Assembly: GCA_050949045.1 (NCBI GenBank)
Contig: JBMNEZ010000001.1
Location: 1,056,001-1,120,000, forward strand
DNA from: Candidatus Izemoplasmatales bacterium
GTDB taxonomy: Bacteria > Bacillota_I > Bacilli_A > Izemoplasmatales > Hujiaoplasmataceae
Reading direction: 5' to 3'
Length of the DNA stretch: 64,000 bases
In this document: piece by piece, positions 45,876-58,228 of the stretch
Numbering within the stretch: the first letter of the stretch is position 1
Layout of the letters: every line of letters begins with the position of its first letter
Made by a program: the position numbers and the translations under genes
Notes under the pieces: generated by a model
What the model was told of the DNA's origin: nothing
Database searches by the model: none
What the model saw: only the letters and a program-made list of their open reading frames with translations

Positions 45876-46826
45876 TCAGTGTTTTGCGAGGCTCAAGTTG
45901 AGCTCCTCAAGTTTAGTCTTGACTTCCTTGAGCGATTTCTTGCCGAGGTTACGGACTTTCATCATGTCCTCCTCGGTCTTCTCGATCAACTCACCAAGCG
46001 TATTGATGCCGGCCCGCTTCAGGCAGTTATAACTTCTGACCGACAAGTCAAGATCCTCGATCGGCTTCTCGAGATTGCGGGTTTGTTCTTCGCTCTTGCG
46101 TTCGATCATGAAATCTTCGCCCATCGCTCTTGTCGAGAGTTCGACTAGGGATTGGAAGTGATCTATCAGCATCTTCGAAGCCATGCCGATGGCATCCTTC
46201 GGGCTGATCGAGCCATCGGTCCAAATCTCGACTATCAGTTTGTCGTAGTCACCGGAATCATCGACGCGGGTCTTATCAACTGTGTAGTTGGCCCTGACAA
46301 CCGGGGTGTAGATGCTGTCGATCGGGATGACGCCGACCCGATTGTCAAAGGAAGCATTCTTGTCAGCGCTCTGATAGCCGTTGCCTTTGGCAGCGGTCAT
46401 GACCATCCGGAAGCGCTTGCCTTTGTTGACGTGGCAAATATAATGATCGGGATTGATTATCTCGACTTCGTCATCGACGATGATGTCTTTGGCAAGGATA
46501 TCTGCCGGACCGTCGACGATGATCTCCATGCGTTTTTGCACACTGGGATTCTCAGAGTCGATCGTCAAGATGACTCCTTTGAGGTTCAATACGATCGTTG
46601 TCACATCTTCGACGACGTTTTCGATCGCAGTGAACTCATGTTGGACGCCTTCGATCTCACAATTGACGATTGCGGCTCCAGGAAGTGATGACAACAAGAC
46701 TCGGCGCAATGAATTCCCGATGGTGATGCCGAAGCCGCGATCAAGCGGGCTGATGACAAAACGTCCGTATTTCTCGTCGATTTCCTCGGTGATCGTTTTC
46801 GGTTTCTCGAATTTCAAGTCTTTCAA
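45876..46826 (-). CDS. rpoA: RNA polymerase alpha subunit
   Basis: GNSLRRVLLSS, LSVRSYNCLKRAG. Confidence 0.99.
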   Translation of the reverse strand: MKDLKFEKPKTITEEIDEKYGRFVISPLDRGFGITIGNSLRRVLLSSLPGAAIVNCEIEGVQHEFTAIENVVEDVTTIVLNLKGVILTIDSENPSVQKRMEIIVDGPADILAKDIIVDDEVEIINPDHYICHVNKGKRFRMVMTAAKGNGYQSADKNASFDNRVGVIPIDSIYTPVVRANYTVDKTRVDDSGDYDKLIVEIWTDGSISPKDAIGMASKMLIDHFQSLVELSTRAMGEDFMIERKSEEQTRNLEKPIEDLDLSVRSYNCLKRAGINTLGELIEKTEEDMMKVRNLGKKSLKEVKTKLEELNLSLAKH

Positions 46827-46841
46827 CGTCGTTACCTCCTT

Positions 46842-47228
46842 TTAGCCGCGCGGCCGTTTTGGTGGACGGCACCCGTTGTGGGGAACCGGTGTGACATCTC
46901 TGATGGCTGTGATTTCGAGCCCTGCGACCTGCAGGCTTCTGATCGCCGCTTCGCGTCCCGGGCCGGGGCCCTTGACAGATACTTCAACGCGTTGGACGCC
47001 ATTGTCCATCGCCGCTCTGGCGGCTGCTTCGCTGGCCAATCCGGCCGCGAACGGAGTCGATTTACGCGATCCTTTGTAGCCGATCGCTCCAGATGAGCTC
47101 CAAGCGATCGCGTTGCCAGCGGGATCGGTGATGGTGATGATGGTATTGTTGAAGGTCGAGTGAATGTGCGCTACTCCGGAAGGAATACTTTTCTTCACGC
47201 GACGTTTTTTCGTTACAGTGCGTGCCAT
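46842..47228 (-). CDS. rpsK: 30S ribosomal protein S11
   Basis: [19 protein letters not shown]. Confidence 0.99.
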   Translation of the reverse strand: MARTVTKKRRVKKSIPSGVAHIHSTFNNTIITITDPAGNAIAWSSSGAIGYKGSRKSTPFAAGLASEAAARAAMDNGVQRVEVSVKGPGPGREAAIRSLQVAGLEITAIRDVTPVPHNGCRPPKRPRG

Positions 47229-47246
47229 AATACTTCATATCCTCCT

Positions 47247-47612
47247 TTATTTCTTCTTCTTCGCAACGGTTTTTCTCGGGCCTTTGCGCGTCCTGGCGTT
47301 GTTTCGCGTGTTCTGGCCGCGGACCGGCATACCTTTGCGATGACGAATACCGCGATAGCAGCCGATTTCCATCAAGCGCTTGATGTTCAGTGCAACTTCA
47401 CGTCGCAGATCGCCTTCAACTTTGTATTTCTGGACTTCTTGACGGATCCTGACGATTTCCTCGTCGGTCAAGTCCTTGACTCTTTTATCTTCCGAGATGC
47501 GGGCCGTAGCCAATATTTTCTCGGAAACACTTTTGCCGATGCCATAGATGTAAGTCAAAGAAACAACTACTCTTTTATCTCTAGGAATGTCTACTCCTGC
47601 AATACGTGCCAT
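47247..47612 (-). CDS. rpsM: 30S ribosomal protein S13
   Basis: [17 protein letters not shown]. Confidence 0.99.
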   Translation of the reverse strand: MARIAGVDIPRDKRVVVSLTYIYGIGKSVSEKILATARISEDKRVKDLTDEEIVRIRQEVQKYKVEGDLRREVALNIKRLMEIGCYRGIRHRKGMPVRGQNTRNNARTRKGPRKTVAKKKK

Positions 47613-47621
47613 ATTTACCTC

Positions 47622-47738
47622 CTAGTTTCCTTGACGTTGCTTATGTTTGGGCTTGTCGCAAATGACCATGACATTGCCCTTGCGTTTGATTATTTTGCAT
47701 TTGTCGCAGATTTTTTTTACCGATGGTCTGATTTTCAT
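47622..47738 (-). CDS. rpmJ: 50S ribosomal protein L36 (Zn-binding type)
   Basis: Manual translation [38 protein letters not shown]. Confidence 0.97.
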   Translation of the reverse strand: MKIRPSVKKICDKCKIIKRKGNVMVICDKPKHKQRQGN

Positions 47739-47761
47739 ACCATAGCCTCCTGATATTTCTC

Positions 47762-47986
47762 TTATTGATGCATGCGATAAGTGATGCGACCACGTGTTAG
47801 GTCATATGTCGATAATTCGACTTTGACTTTGTCGCCTGGTAAAATGCGTATGTAATTCATGCGGATTTTACCAGAAACGTGACCGATGATTCGGTGCCCG
47901 ATATCCAGTTCGATAATGAATTGGGCATTTGGCAGCACTTCGATGACGGTGCCAATCATTTCTATTACATCGTCCTTCTTGGCCAT
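47762..47986 (-). CDS. infA: Translation initiation factor IF-1
   Basis: [15 protein letters not shown]. Confidence 0.98.
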   Translation of the reverse strand: MAKKDDVIEMIGTVIEVLPNAQFIIELDIGHRIIGHVSGKIRMNYIRILPGDKVKVELSTYDLTRGRITYRMHQ

Positions 47987-47990
47987 TGAA

Positions 47991-48761
47991 TCACTCCTTG
48001 TTCTGTTGTGATGCTTGTGTTAGAATTTCGAACCCAGAATCCGTAATCAGGATCGTGTGTTCAAAATGGGCGCTCGGTTTACCATCTCGGGTCACAGTCG
48101 TCCAGCCATCTTCGAGAATCTTGATTTCCTTCGCTCCCAGATTGATCATCGGCTCGATCGCCAACGTCATCCCCTTGCGCAGTGTGATCCCTCTGCCGGG
48201 AAGTCCGTAATTGGGAATCGGGGGCTCTTCATGAAGGCGGGAGCCGATGCCGTGACCGACGAATTCGCGAACGACACTGAAACCCCTACTTTCGGCCTCG
48301 ACTTGAATGGCATGGGAGATGTCGGAGAGACGGTTCCCCGGTTTGGCCATCTCAAGCCCTTTAAATAGACTGGCTTTGCTTCCCTCTAGCAAACGTTGCT
48401 TGCTTTCCGAGATTTCTCCACAGGGATAAGTCCAAGCGGAATCGCCATGATAGCCTTTATAGTTCGCACCGATGTCGATCGAGATGATGTCGCCTTCTTT
48501 AAGAATCTGCTTCGAACTGGGAATGCCGTGGACGACGACCTCGTTCACCGAGATGCAGGTAGCGGCGGGAAAACCTTCATAGTGTTTGAATGAAGGGGTG
48601 GCTCCGTTGGCCAGGATCGCGGCTTCGATGATTTCATCGAGTTCCTTGGTCGAGATTCCCGGGCGAATCGCGGTGCTTGCGACTTGGTGGGCAATGGCGA
48701 CGATCCGGCCGGCTTCTCTCATCAATTCTATCTCCCGGGGGGATTTGATGATAACCATCAT
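47991..48761 (-). CDS. map: Methionine aminopeptidase type I
   Basis: VVHGIP, GHGIG..HEEP, AIEPM, AHFEHT. Confidence 0.98.
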   Translation of the reverse strand: MMVIIKSPREIELMREAGRIVAIAHQVASTAIRPGISTKELDEIIEAAILANGATPSFKHYEGFPAATCISVNEVVVHGIPSSKQILKEGDIISIDIGANYKGYHGDSAWTYPCGEISESKQRLLEGSKASLFKGLEMAKPGNRLSDISHAIQVEAESRGFSVVREFVGHGIGSRLHEEPPIPNYGLPGRGITLRKGMTLAIEPMINLGAKEIKILEDGWTTVTRDGKPSAHFEHTILITDSGFEILTQASQQNKE

Positions 48762-49411
48762 TTTCGCTCCAGATAATTAACGATTTGTTTAAGCAATGCG
48801 GTTGGCGACAGTTCTCCGTCAAATGTTTTCAGCAGCCCTTTGTCGCTATAATAGTCAAGAAGCGGCTTGGTTTTTTCGTTGTAAATGGCGACCCGGTTCA
48901 ATATGGATGATTCAAGATCGTCCTCGCGTTGAATCAATTCCCCGCCACAAAAATCGCAAATGCTCGGTTTTTTTGGAGGATAGGAATTAATGTGATAGGT
49001 TGCCTGGCAATTCGAGCAAATCCGTCTGCCCGTCATCCGCCGGATTAGAATCTGATTGCTGATGTCAATGTTGATGACGGCGGTGAGACCGATGCCGAGG
49101 CTATCGAGGACTTTGTCAAGCGCCTCTGCCTGAGCTTTGGTTCTGGGATAACCGTCAAGCATGAATCCATGCGGGTATCTTCTTTCGCGAAGCACTTTCT
49201 CCACGATATCGTTGGTGATATCATCTGGAACCAGGAAACCTTTACGCACATACTCGTTCGCCATAATCCCGATCGGCGTTTCCTTCGCGATTTCTTCGCG
49301 ATAGATGTCTCCCGTCGAGATATGGGCAAGATGGTAGTGTTTCAAAAGTTTTGTGGCCTGCGTGCCTTTTCCGGCTCCGGGCTTTCCTAATATCAATAGA
49401 TTCAGCATCAT
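48758..49411 (-). CDS. adk: Adenylate kinase
   Basis: [17 protein letters not shown], Zn-lid cysteines. Confidence 0.98.
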   Translation of the reverse strand: MMLNLLILGKPGAGKGTQATKLLKHYHLAHISTGDIYREEIAKETPIGIMANEYVRKGFLVPDDITNDIVEKVLRERRYPHGFMLDGYPRTKAQAEALDKVLDSLGIGLTAVINIDISNQILIRRMTGRRICSNCQATYHINSYPPKKPSICDFCGGELIQREDDLESSILNRVAIYNEKTKPLLDYYSDKGLLKTFDGELSPTALLKQIVNYLERK

Positions 49412-49418
49412 TATTCGT

Positions 49419-50786
49419 TTATCTCATGAAGCCCGCGTAGGTTTTTTCCTGTGTGTCTGTTTCGATTTGTTTGGCAGTTTCAAGAGCAACACCAACGATA
49501 ATGAGCAGCGAAGTACCGCCGATTTGGGCATACGAATGGCCAAGGATCATCGAAGTGATGATCGGCAGGCTGGCAACAACCACAAGGTATAGCGCCCCGA
49601 TGATTGTGACCCTGAAGAGCGTTTTTGTGATATAGGCTTCCGTCTCGGATCCGGGACGGACGCCGGGAATATAAGCATTTTGCTTCTGAAGATTCTCTGC
49701 CATTTGTTCCGGCTTGATCAAAATGAAAGAATAGAAGAATGTGAAAACAAAAATCAAAACGATATAGATGATGAAGCCGATCGGCTGATTATAGGAAAAG
49801 ATCTGTCCAAGCCACCGCTGCGCCCTGATGGCGGAGTTTGAGGTTCCCCATTCGATGTAGCTGAAGATCGTCATTGGCAGCGACATCAGAATCGAAGCAA
49901 AGATGACCGGGATAACGTTTGCCGTATTGAGTTTGAGCGGAATATTCGATTCCGACCTGCCGGTAAATTTGGAACTTGCCGGCCGGTTTGCGTATTGGAT
50001 CGGCACTTTCCTGGTCGCTTCTTGCATATAGATGACTCCAACAAGCACGATAATGAACATCAGGATGCTGACACCAAAGAGGACATAACCAACAAAGCTA
50101 CCCTGCCCTTCATAAACTGCTGGTAAAGCTCCTTTCGGATCGGCAATATAGTACTGGACCAAAGAAGCGATCGTTCCCGGGAAAGAAATGATGATCCCGC
50201 CGACGATCAGCATCGAGGAACCGTTGCCTATGCCTCTCATCGTGATCTGGTCGGAGAGCCAGATCATGAACGCGGTGCCCGCGGTCATGACAACAGCGAT
50301 ATAGAAATAAACCAGAAACCAAAGATTGCGCCCGTCCTTGGTAGCCCAACTCAAGACGCCGAGTTTGAACAAAGAAGTATTAGAGCTGTGAAAAGCGAAA
50401 GTCATCGCTATCGCTTGGACAAAAGCCAAGCCAATGGCCAAATATCTCGTGAGTCTGGCGATCTTGCGCTTGCCGACTTCACCTTCTTCGCCCCATTCCT
50501 TAAGGGCAGGGATGATATCCATCTGCAATAACTGCACGATGATCGAAGCGGTGATGTAGGGGCTGATGCCGAGAGCGATGATCGAGTAATTGCGAAGCGC
50601 GTCTCCGGAAATGGAGTTGACGATCCCGAGGAATCCGCTGTTTTCAAACAACGAAGTGAGCGAAGTGGAATCAATCAACGGCATGGTGACGTAGGTGAAC
50701 AGTTTGAAAATCAAAAAAGCAAACAAAGTAAAACCGATCCGCTTGAGGATGTCTTTGTTCTTAAATATTTTTCTCAGAGTTTCCAT
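49419..50786 (-). CDS. secY: Preprotein translocase SecY
   Basis: LGISPYITASII, GIGNGSS, IPGVRPG, GGTSLLI. Confidence 0.99.
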   Translation of the reverse strand: METLRKIFKNKDILKRIGFTLFAFLIFKLFTYVTMPLIDSTSLTSLFENSGFLGIVNSISGDALRNYSIIALGISPYITASIIVQLLQMDIIPALKEWGEEGEVGKRKIARLTRYLAIGLAFVQAIAMTFAFHSSNTSLFKLGVLSWATKDGRNLWFLVYFYIAVVMTAGTAFMIWLSDQITMRGIGNGSSMLIVGGIIISFPGTIASLVQYYIADPKGALPAVYEGQGSFVGYVLFGVSILMFIIVLVGVIYMQEATRKVPIQYANRPASSKFTGRSESNIPLKLNTANVIPVIFASILMSLPMTIFSYIEWGTSNSAIRAQRWLGQIFSYNQPIGFIIYIVLIFVFTFFYSFILIKPEQMAENLQKQNAYIPGVRPGSETEAYITKTLFRVTIIGALYLVVVASLPIITSMILGHSYAQIGGTSLLIIVGVALETAKQIETDTQEKTYAGFMR

Positions 50787-51227
50787 TTATAACACCTCAG
50801 CTTTGCCACCAGCAGCCGTGATCGCTTCGCTTGCGGAAGCAGAGAATTTGTGAGCCTTGACAGTGATGCTGGTCTCAAGTTTGCCGTTGCCGAGCACTTT
50901 GAGTCCGCCTTTCAATTCGCGGATCACCTTGTCTGCGAGCAACAGTTCGGGAGTGACAATGGTTCCTTTTTTGTATCGCTTGAGTTGCTCGAGGTTGACG
51001 ATCGCGAATTCCTTTTTGAAGAAATTTGTGAACCTACGTTTCGGCAAGCGTTTGAATAGCGGAGTTTGTCCACCTTCGAATCCAAGACGGACGCCGCCGC
51101 CGGCACGCGAGTTTTGGCCTTTTGAGCCTCTGCCCGCGGTCTTGCCGGTGCCGCTGCTAGTGCCGCGTCCGACACGCTTTTTATAATGGGTTGCGCCGTC
51201 AACGGGTTTCAAATCATGTAGTTTCAT
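50787..51227 (-). CDS. rplO: 50S ribosomal protein L15
   Basis: GFEGGQTPL. Confidence 0.99.
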   Translation of the reverse strand: MKLHDLKPVDGATHYKKRVGRGTSSGTGKTAGRGSKGQNSRAGGGVRLGFEGGQTPLFKRLPKRRFTNFFKKEFAIVNLEQLKRYKKGTIVTPELLLADKVIRELKGGLKVLGNGKLETSITVKAHKFSASASEAITAAGGKAEVL

Positions 51228-51242
51228 CTTGATTTCCTCCTC

Positions 51243-51422
51243 TTAGACTTCTTCAACCCTGACCATGTGGGCGATCGTTTCGACCATGCCCCTGATCGCG
51301 TCGTTGTCGTCTTTGACGACGGATGAGTTGCGTTTTGTGAGGCCGAGCGACTTGGCAGTCCTGACTTGATTGGGTTTTTTTGAAGTCAGTCCCCGGATAA
51401 GCGTGATTTTAATCTTTGCCAT
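51243..51422 (-). CDS. rpmD: 50S ribosomal protein L30
   Basis: [20 protein letters not shown]; synteny. Confidence 0.95.
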   Translation of the reverse strand: MAKIKITLIRGLTSKKPNQVRTAKSLGLTKRNSSVVKDDNDAIRGMVETIAHMVRVEEV

Positions 51423-51426
51423 TATT

Positions 51427-51981
51427 TCACATGACCTCCTCAACAGAGAGTCCCCTGGCTTCAGCAACCTCCGTGACACTCTTCATCGAGAGCAATCCGG
51501 CCATCGTCGCCCGAACGATATTGATGGGGGATTTCGAGCCAAGCGATTTGCTGAGAACGTCCTCGACGCCGGCAAGTTCAAGCACAGCGCGGACAGGCCC
51601 GCCGGCGATGACTCCGGTACCGGCGACCGCCGGTCTCAGGAAAACCTTGGCAGCGCCATACTTGCCAAGAACGGAGTGATAGATCGTCGTCCCTTTGATC
51701 GGAATCATGACTAAATTTTTCTTGGCGTTTTCGATTGCTTTTTTGATCGCATCGGGGACCTCGCTGGCTTTGCCGGTCCCAAAACCGACTTTGCCTTTGC
51801 GATCGCCGACAACGACCAGGGCGGAAAAGCTGAAGCGTCGGCCGCCTTTGACGACCTTGGTTACACGACTAATGTTGACGACTCTCTCATCATAGAGCTT
51901 TTCTTCCCGTTTCTTCGCGCTATCGCGCGGTCTGCGTGACGGTCTTCTTTCTCTGCCGTCTCTTTCCTTATTCTCTTCCAT
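51427..51981 (-). CDS. rpsE: 30S ribosomal protein S5
   Basis: [20 protein letters not shown]. Confidence 0.98.
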   Translation of the reverse strand: MEENKERDGRERRPSRRPRDSAKKREEKLYDERVVNISRVTKVVKGGRRFSFSALVVVGDRKGKVGFGTGKASEVPDAIKKAIENAKKNLVMIPIKGTTIYHSVLGKYGAAKVFLRPAVAGTGVIAGGPVRAVLELAGVEDVLSKSLGSKSPINIVRATMAGLLSMKSVTEVAEARGLSVEEVM

Positions 51982-51997
51982 CGGATAACCTCCTTCG

Positions 51998-52354
51998 TTA
52001 AAATTCCAGCCCTGCTTCTCTAGCAGCTTCGGCCAATGCTTTGACTCGTCCGTGGTAAAGATAGCCGCCACGGTCGAATACGACTTGCTTGATGCCCTTT
52101 TCCAGAGCTTTTTTGGCGATCATCTCGCCAACTTTCTTGGCCCCTTCCTGATTGCCGCCATTTGCTTCCTTGATTTCGAGGGACGATGCGGCGACAATGG
52201 TGTTGCCGCTCAAATCGTCGATGACCTGGCAATAAATCGCCTTGTTAGAACGGAAGACGTTGAGACGAGGGCGTGACGGTGTGCCTTTGATATTGAATCT
52301 GATGCGCAGATGGCGTTTCGCCCTTTGCGCTTCTTTGTTTACGGGTTTAAACAT
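51998..52354 (-). CDS. rplR: 50S ribosomal protein L18
   Basis: [14 protein letters not shown]. Confidence 0.99.
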   Translation of the reverse strand: MFKPVNKEAQRAKRHLRIRFNIKGTPSRPRLNVFRSNKAIYCQVIDDLSGNTIVAASSLEIKEANGGNQEGAKKVGEMIAKKALEKGIKQVVFDRGGYLYHGRVKALAEAAREAGLEF

Positions 52355-52372
52355 GAATATTCACCTCTTGCC

Positions 52373-52918
52373 CTATTTCTTGGCAGTTTTCCCTTCTTTA
52401 CGACGTACATGCTCGTTTCGATACCTGATGCCCTTGCCTTGATAAGGTTCGGGTGCACGGATCTTGCGAATGTTGGCGGCGAATTCGCCGACTGCCTGTT
52501 TGTCGATGCCCCTAATCACGATTTCAACGTTTGTCGGGAGTTCGACTTCGATCCCTTCGGGGATCATTACTTCGACCGGATTGGCATAGCCGACGCTGAC
52601 GACGAGTGTTTTGCTGCCTTTTAAACTGGCGCGGTAGCCGACACCCTTGATATCAAGCATCTTGACAAAGCCTTCGGTCACGCCTTTAACCATATTGTTC
52701 AACAAAGCCCTTGTGGTTCCGTGCAAAGCACGGTGGCGGAGTTGATCAGATGGCCGGGTTACAGAAATGTGATCATCAGCGGTTTCAATTGTCATTTCAC
52801 TCTGAAAAGTAAATTCGAGTTTTCCCTTGGGGCCTTTGACGACGACATGATTGCTCTTGTCGATGGAAACATCCACACCCTTGGGAATCGCGATTGATAA
52901 CCTACCAACACGACTCAT
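52373..52918 (-). CDS. rplF: 50S ribosomal protein L6
   Basis: PEPYQGKGIRY. Confidence 0.99.
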   Translation of the reverse strand: MSRVGRLSIAIPKGVDVSIDKSNHVVVKGPKGKLEFTFQSEMTIETADDHISVTRPSDQLRHRALHGTTRALLNNMVKGVTEGFVKMLDIKGVGYRASLKGSKTLVVSVGYANPVEVMIPEGIEVELPTNVEIVIRGIDKQAVGEFAANIRKIRAPEPYQGKGIRYRNEHVRRKEGKTAKK

Positions 52919-52960
52919 AGTTTTCTTGCACCTCTTTTTCCATTGATTTAGTGTCCTCTC

Positions 52961-53359
52961 TTACCAAACGTAAGCGAGGACTTCGCCGCCGATTTGCTTG
53001 TTTCGCGCTTCCCTGTCGGTCATGATGCCTTGGGAAGTTGAAACAATCGCGATCCCTAGGCCGTTTAAAACTCTCGGAAGATCATCGGTTTTGGCGTATA
53101 CTCTCAGTCCGGGTTTGGAGATCTTCTTCAAACCTCTTACTGCTCTTTCTTCATTCTGCAAATACTTCAACGTGACTTTCAGGGTACCTTGAACATCGCC
53201 TTTCACCAATTGAAAGTCATTGATGTAACCCTCTTGCTTCAATACAGTCAAAATTTCGGCCTTTAGTTTTGATGCCGGAACATCGACCGTTTTCTGTTTC
53301 ATTTGGTTGGCGTTGCGGATTCTCGTGAGCATGTCCGCAACCGGATCTGTCATGACCAT
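52961..53359 (-). CDS. rpsH: 30S ribosomal protein S8
   Basis: [21 protein letters not shown]. Confidence 0.99.
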   Translation of the reverse strand: MVMTDPVADMLTRIRNANQMKQKTVDVPASKLKAEILTVLKQEGYINDFQLVKGDVQGTLKVTLKYLQNEERAVRGLKKISKPGLRVYAKTDDLPRVLNGLGIAIVSTSQGIMTDREARNKQIGGEVLAYVW

Positions 53360-53411
53360 ATCGATAAAGCCTCCTTCCTCGATATCTGGATATAAGTATT
53401 CATCATATCAA

Positions 53412-53597
53412 TTACCAACTTGCCTTTTTGACACCGGGAATCTGGCCTTTGTATGCCAGTTCGCGGAAACAGACACGGCATAGTTTGAACTTACGGTAGA
53501 CCGCATGGGGACGCCCGCAGCGTTCGCACCTGGTATAATTTCGAACGGAAAATTTCGCTCCGCGTTTCTGTCTTACTCTCATTGATGTTTTTGCCAT
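53412..53597 (-). CDS. rpsN: 30S ribosomal protein S14 type Z
   Basis: [15 protein letters not shown], 61 aa. Confidence 0.98.
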   Translation of the reverse strand: MAKTSMRVRQKRGAKFSVRNYTRCERCGRPHAVYRKFKLCRVCFRELAYKGQIPGVKKASW

Positions 53598-53607
53598 AAT
53601 CTGCCTC

Positions 53608-54150
53608 CTAATTCCTTCTGAAGGGCATTCCGAATTGCTTGAGCAATTCGAGAGCTTCCTGGTCCGTCTTTGCGGTCGTGACGATGACGATGTCCATGCC
53701 GCGGACCTTGTTGACTTTGTCGTAGTTGATTTCGGGGAAGATCAGCTGCTCCCTAATCCCAAGCGTGTAGTTGCCGCGTCCGTCAAAGCCTTTGGGGTTG
53801 ACGCCGCGAAAATCCCGCACGCGGGGTAGGGCGATTGTGATCAGCTTGTCAAGAAAGAAGTACATCCGTTCGCCTCTCAAGGTGACTTTGCAACCGATAG
53901 GCATGCCTTCGCGGAGTTTGAAGTTCGCGATCGATTTCTTAGCCTTGGTGACGACCGGTTTTTGACCGGTGATCTGTGTCAATTCGCTGACCGCATCGTC
54001 TAGAACCTTGGGGTTATGGATGGCGTCGCCGGCGCCGATATTGATCATGATCTTGCTGATTTTTGGACATTCCATAACAGAACGGTAATTGAATTTAGCT
54101 TTAAGGGCGGGCATGATTTCGCTGTTGTATTTTTCTTGAAGTCGATTCAT
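53608..54150 (-). CDS. rplE: 50S ribosomal protein L5
   Basis: [15 protein letters not shown]. Confidence 0.99.
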   Translation of the reverse strand: MNRLQEKYNSEIMPALKAKFNYRSVMECPKISKIMINIGAGDAIHNPKVLDDAVSELTQITGQKPVVTKAKKSIANFKLREGMPIGCKVTLRGERMYFFLDKLITIALPRVRDFRGVNPKGFDGRGNYTLGIREQLIFPEINYDKVNKVRGMDIVIVTTAKTDQEALELLKQFGMPFRRN

Positions 54151-54162
54151 CTCTGTCCCTCC

Positions 54163-54504
54163 TTAATCCAAGACTTCGCCAGATTTTTTGGCGTATCTGA
54201 CTTTGACATTCTCGTCTTGTTTCTTGACTTTCTTAGTAATGGTCTTGTAACCGACACGTGTCGGTTTCTTGACTTTCTGATCCATAAGCATCACGTTCGA
54301 CACATGGATCGGCCTTTCGATGTCCATGATGCCGCCATCCGGATTGATCTGTGACGGTTTCATGTGTTTCTTGACTTTGCCGAGACCTTCGCCATCGAGG
54401 ATCACGCGTTCGGATTTTGTCAGGATTTTGCTGATGGTGCCTTGTTTGCCTTTATCTTGACCGGCAATGATCAGAACTTTATCGCCTTTTCTTAGTTTCA
54501 TCAT
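54163..54504 (-). CDS. rplX: 50S ribosomal protein L24
   Basis: [22 protein letters not shown]. Confidence 0.98.
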   Translation of the reverse strand: MMKLRKGDKVLIIAGQDKGKQGTISKILTKSERVILDGEGLGKVKKHMKPSQINPDGGIMDIERPIHVSNVMLMDQKVKKPTRVGYKTITKKVKKQDENVKVRYAKKSGEVLD

Positions 54505-54513
54505 TGATACCTC

Positions 54514-54882
54514 CTACAAAACTTCCGGTGCCAAAGACACGATTTTCATGAATTCGGCGTCACGGAGTTCGCGGGCGACCGGACCAAAGATGCGAGTACC
54601 TCTCGGACTCTTGTCTTCCTTGATAATGACGGCTGCGTTGTCGTCAAATTTGATATGGCTGCCATCAGAACGGCTCAAACCCCTCTTGGTGCGGACGATA
54701 ACCGCCTTGACGATTTCGCCTTTTTTGACAAGTCCGCCAGGAGTGGCAGCTTTAACCGTAGCGACGATAATGTCGCCGATGTTCGCGTATTTGCGGCTGG
54801 TTCCGCCCAGTACTTTGATGGTCAGAATCTCGCGGGCGCCGGAGTTGTCGGCTATTCTCAGCCTTGTTTCTTGTTGTATCAT
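54514..54882 (-). CDS. rplN: 50S ribosomal protein L14
   Basis: [20 protein letters not shown]. Confidence 0.99.
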   Translation of the reverse strand: MIQQETRLRIADNSGAREILTIKVLGGTSRKYANIGDIIVATVKAATPGGLVKKGEIVKAVIVRTKRGLSRSDGSHIKFDDNAAVIIKEDKSPRGTRIFGPVARELRDAEFMKIVSLAPEVL

Positions 54883-54902
54883 ATCAATCTCCTCCAATCC
54901 CG

Positions 54903-55169
54903 CTACAAAATCACGCTTTTTTCGATGATCTCGATCAAGCGGAACTTCTTGGTGCGCGACAAGGGGCGGCATTCGATGATTTTGACGGTATCGCCGGTCT
55001 TGGCCTCGTTCTTTTCATCGTGCGCAGTGAATTTTTTTGAGGAAATAACACGCTTTTTGTACAAAGGGTGTGTTTTATATGTCGTAACCAAGACGGTAAT
55101 CGTCTTGTCGTTTTTATCCGATACGACCTTGCCGACGAATGTGCGTCGGGTTTTCTCTCTTTCCATCAT
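54903..55169 (-). CDS. rpsQ: 30S ribosomal protein S17
   Basis: [17 protein letters not shown]. Confidence 0.98.
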   Translation of the reverse strand: MMEREKTRRTFVGKVVSDKNDKTITVLVTTYKTHPLYKKRVISSKKFTAHDEKNEAKTGDTVKIIECRPLSRTKKFRLIEIIEKSVIL

Positions 55170-55175
55170 GTCCTC

Positions 55176-55370
55176 CTACTTGCTTGCTCGCTCGGACAAT
55201 ATCGTTTTCATCCGGGCAATTGTTTTTCTGACCGTGCTGAGACGCGCGGTGTTCTCAAGTTGCCCTGTCGCGTGTTTGAACCTGAGGTCGAACATTTCTT
55301 TTTTTAGATTTTCGATTTCTTTCAAAATGGCGGCATTGTCCATTTCTCTGATTTCCTTGACATGCGTCAT
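55176..55370 (-). CDS. rpmC: 50S ribosomal protein L29
   Basis: [18 protein letters not shown]. Confidence 0.97.
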   Translation of the reverse strand: MTHVKEIREMDNAAILKEIENLKKEMFDLRFKHATGQLENTARLSTVRKTIARMKTILSERASK

Positions 55371-55789
55371 CTTAAATCACCAATTTCTTTCTTGATGAAT
55401 TTAGTCTTGATCGGCAGTTTTGACGAGGCCAAGCGCAAAGCTTCCTTTGCGACATCCTCGCTAACCCCGTCGATCTCAAACATAATCAAGCCGGCTTTGA
55501 CAACCGCTACCCATTCTTCGGGAGCGCCTTTTCCGGACCCCATGCGGACTTCAAGCGGTTTCTTGGTTTTCGCGAGATGGGGGAAGATCTTGATCCAAAC
55601 TTTGCCGGCGCGCTTCATGAAGCGCGTCATCGCAATTCGGCTCGCCTCGATTTGACGGGCGGTGATCCAGGCGCCCTCGAGCGCCATTAGTCCGTAAGAA
55701 CCGAAGTCGATGTTGGTGCCGCCTTTCGCCAAGCCTTTATAGCTAATGCGATGGGGGCGACGGTATTTGGTTCTTTTTGGCATTAACAT
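55367..55789 (-). CDS. rplP: 50S ribosomal protein L16
   Basis: [17 protein letters not shown]. Confidence 0.99.
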   Translation of the reverse strand: MLMPKRTKYRRPHRISYKGLAKGGTNIDFGSYGLMALEGAWITARQIEASRIAMTRFMKRAGKVWIKIFPHLAKTKKPLEVRMGSGKGAPEEWVAVVKAGLIMFEIDGVSEDVAKEALRLASSKLPIKTKFIKKEIGDLR

Positions 55790-55790
55790 T

Positions 55791-56438
55791 TTACTTTGCC
55801 TCCTTCTTCGAAGGCAGAATTTCTCCCTTGTAGATCCAGACTTTGACGCCGAGCTTGCCATAAGTGGTATTCGCTTCGGCCAAGGCATAGTCGATGTCTG
55901 CCCTTAGGGTATGCAAAGGAACATTGCCTTCGCTATAGCCCTCGCTTCTGGCGATCTCGGCACCAGCCAAGCGTCCGGATACTAGGGTGCGGCAACCTTT
56001 GGCTCCCGCCTTTAGGGCACGTTGGATCGCAACTTTTTGGACTCTTCTGAACGAAGCGCGGCTTTCGAGCTGTTTCGCAATGCTTTCAGCGACGAGCTTG
56101 GCATCAAGCTCGGGACGTTTGATATCAACGACATTCAGGAAAACTTCCTTGTTCGTCAATTGTTTCAACTTGAGAACAACGGCGTTTTTGGTTTCGCCGT
56201 TTCTGCCGATGACCATACCGGGTTTAGCAGTGTTGACGGTGATGATCACCCGTGATTTTGAACGCTCGATCTCAATTTTGGAAATACTCGCATTTTTGTA
56301 GAGATCGTTTAACAAGTCACGGATTTTAAGATCTTCTTGAAGTAGGTCCGCAACATCCCGTTTTTCGGCATACCAGCGTGACTCCCAGTTGAGGATGATG
56401 CCGATACGTTGTCCGATCGGGCTGACTTTCTGTCCCAT
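55791..56438 (-). CDS. rpsC: 30S ribosomal protein S3
   Basis: [18 protein letters not shown]. Confidence 0.99.
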   Translation of the reverse strand: MGQKVSPIGQRIGIILNWESRWYAEKRDVADLLQEDLKIRDLLNDLYKNASISKIEIERSKSRVIITVNTAKPGMVIGRNGETKNAVVLKLKQLTNKEVFLNVVDIKRPELDAKLVAESIAKQLESRASFRRVQKVAIQRALKAGAKGCRTLVSGRLAGAEIARSEGYSEGNVPLHTLRADIDYALAEANTTYGKLGVKVWIYKGEILPSKKEAK

Positions 56439-56449
56439 AAAATCCCTCC

Positions 56450-56785
56450 TTATTCTTTCTCCGCCACGGTGATGTAGATGTGGCTGGTGCGTTTCAAAAT
56501 GGAAAATCCGCGTCCTTGCGAGCGTGGTTGCATCCTTTTCAGGGTCTTACCCTCGCCGACATAGATTTCTTTGACAAACAGTTTGTTTTGTTCCAGTTGA
56601 TAGTTGTGTTCCGCGTTGGCAACTGCTGATTTCAAGAGTTTTTCAACCGGCTTGGAAGCGGCTTTGGGAGTGTTTCTGAGAATCGCGAACGCTTCGCCGA
56701 CACTCTTGCCTCTGATGAGGTCGACGACGAGTCTGACTTTACGGGCGGCGATGCGGATCATTCTAATGTTGGCTTTTGCTTCCAT
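56450..56785 (-). CDS. rplV: 50S ribosomal protein L22
   Basis: [14 protein letters not shown]. Confidence 0.99.
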   Translation of the reverse strand: MEAKANIRMIRIAARKVRLVVDLIRGKSVGEAFAILRNTPKAASKPVEKLLKSAVANAEHNYQLEQNKLFVKEIYVGEGKTLKRMQPRSQGRGFSILKRTSHIYITVAEKE

Positions 56786-56786
56786 T

Positions 56787-57074
56787 TTACTTCTTCACCG
56801 CTTTCTTCACGACTTTCTTGTCGGCGTGGCCACGGAAGGTTCTGGTGGGAGAGAACTCGCCCAATTTGTGCCCGACCATATCCTCGGTGATATACACGGG
56901 AACATGCTCTTTTCCGTTATGGACGCCAATCGTGAGACCGACGAACTCCGGAAAAATCGTCGAACGTCTTGACCATGTCTGGATGACCTTCTTAGAACTT
57001 GACTTGTTGGCTTCGATAACTTTCTTAAGCAAATGGTCGTCGCAAAACGGGCCTTTCTTGACTGAACGTGACAT
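56787..57074 (-). CDS. rpsS: 30S ribosomal protein S19
   Basis: TWSRRS, GHKLGEF. Confidence 0.99.
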   Translation of the reverse strand: MSRSVKKGPFCDDHLLKKVIEANKSSSKKVIQTWSRRSTIFPEFVGLTIGVHNGKEHVPVYITEDMVGHKLGEFSPTRTFRGHADKKVVKKAVKK

Positions 57075-57092
57075 TTATGAGTTCCTCCTTTC

Positions 57093-57923
57093 CTACTTGT
57101 TCCGGCGTCTGACAATCAGATTGTCGCTGGCTTTTTTGCTTTTTCTTGTGAGTTTGCCAAGGGCTTTCTTACCCCACGGAGTTAGTGGTGAGGGATGGCC
57201 GATCGGCTGTTTGCCCTCGCCGCCACCGTGCGGATGATCGACCGGGTTCATGGCAGAGCCACGGACAGTTGGTCTGATGCCCATATGGCGTTTGCGTCCG
57301 GCTTTACCGATCTTGACAAGTTCAAAGAATTCGTTGCCGACTTCGCCGATAGTAGCGCGGCAAGCTCCAAGAATTCGTCTGACTTCCCCTGATTTGAGAC
57401 GAACGAGAACATATTTCTCCTCACGGCCAAGAATCTGGGCGCTGGTTCCGGCGGCGCGGATCAATTGGCCGCCCCTGCCGGGATAGAGTTCGATATTGTG
57501 GATGAAAGTGCCGACGGGAATGTTTTTGATCGCCATCGCATTGCCGACGACGATGTCGGGGTTTTCCCCAGAAAGAACCGTCATTCCGACTTGAAGCCCC
57601 TTGGGGGCCAGGATATAACGCTTCTCGCCGTCAAGGTAGTTGATGAGGGCGATATTGGCGCTCCTGTTAGGATCGTATTCGATCGCGGCGACTTTTCCGA
57701 TGATGCCGTCCTTATTGCGCTTGAAGTCGATGATCCGGTATTGGCGTTTCACCCGGCCGGCTTGATGCCGGACTGTGATCTTGCCCTGATTGTTGCGGCC
57801 GGAACTTTTCTTCGCAATCTCTGTCAGGCTTTTTTCCGGTTTGGTTTTCGTGATCTCCGCATAATCCAATTTGGTCATTCCGCGAAGACCGTTGGTACGT
57901 GGTTTGTATTTGATGATGGCCAT
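57093..57923 (-). CDS. rplB: 50S ribosomal protein L2
   Basis: [21 protein letters not shown]. Confidence 0.99.
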   Translation of the reverse strand: MAIIKYKPRTNGLRGMTKLDYAEITKTKPEKSLTEIAKKSSGRNNQGKITVRHQAGRVKRQYRIIDFKRNKDGIIGKVAAIEYDPNRSANIALINYLDGEKRYILAPKGLQVGMTVLSGENPDIVVGNAMAIKNIPVGTFIHNIELYPGRGGQLIRAAGTSAQILGREEKYVLVRLKSGEVRRILGACRATIGEVGNEFFELVKIGKAGRKRHMGIRPTVRGSAMNPVDHPHGGGEGKQPIGHPSPLTPWGKKALGKLTRKSKKASDNLIVRRRNK

Positions 57924-57940
57924 TAGTTCTATCCTCCAGT

Positions 57941-58228
57941 CTATGCGGTGTAAATGTCGATCTTATAGCCTTCCGCGAGCGTGACAACCGCCTTGCTTAC
58001 GGCCGGTTTGAAACCTGAGTATTTTCCCACGCGTTTCGCTTTCGGGATGCCATTGATGACATTCACGTCAAGGACTTTCACCTTGAATATTTCTTCAATC
58101 GCTTCCTTGATCTGGATCTTGTTGGCATTTTTGTCGACTTCGAACGTGTACTTGCGCATCTCGGCAAGTTTGGTCGATTTTTCGGAAACGATCGGCGCTT
58201 TGATAATCTGATATTTGTCCATAATCAA
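57941..58228 (-). CDS. rplW: 50S ribosomal protein L23
   Basis: [18 protein letters not shown]. Confidence 0.97.
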   Translation of the reverse strand: MIMDKYQIIKAPIVSEKSTKLAEMRKYTFEVDKNANKIQIKEAIEEIFKVKVLDVNVINGIPKAKRVGKYSGFKPAVSKAVVTLAEGYKIDIYTA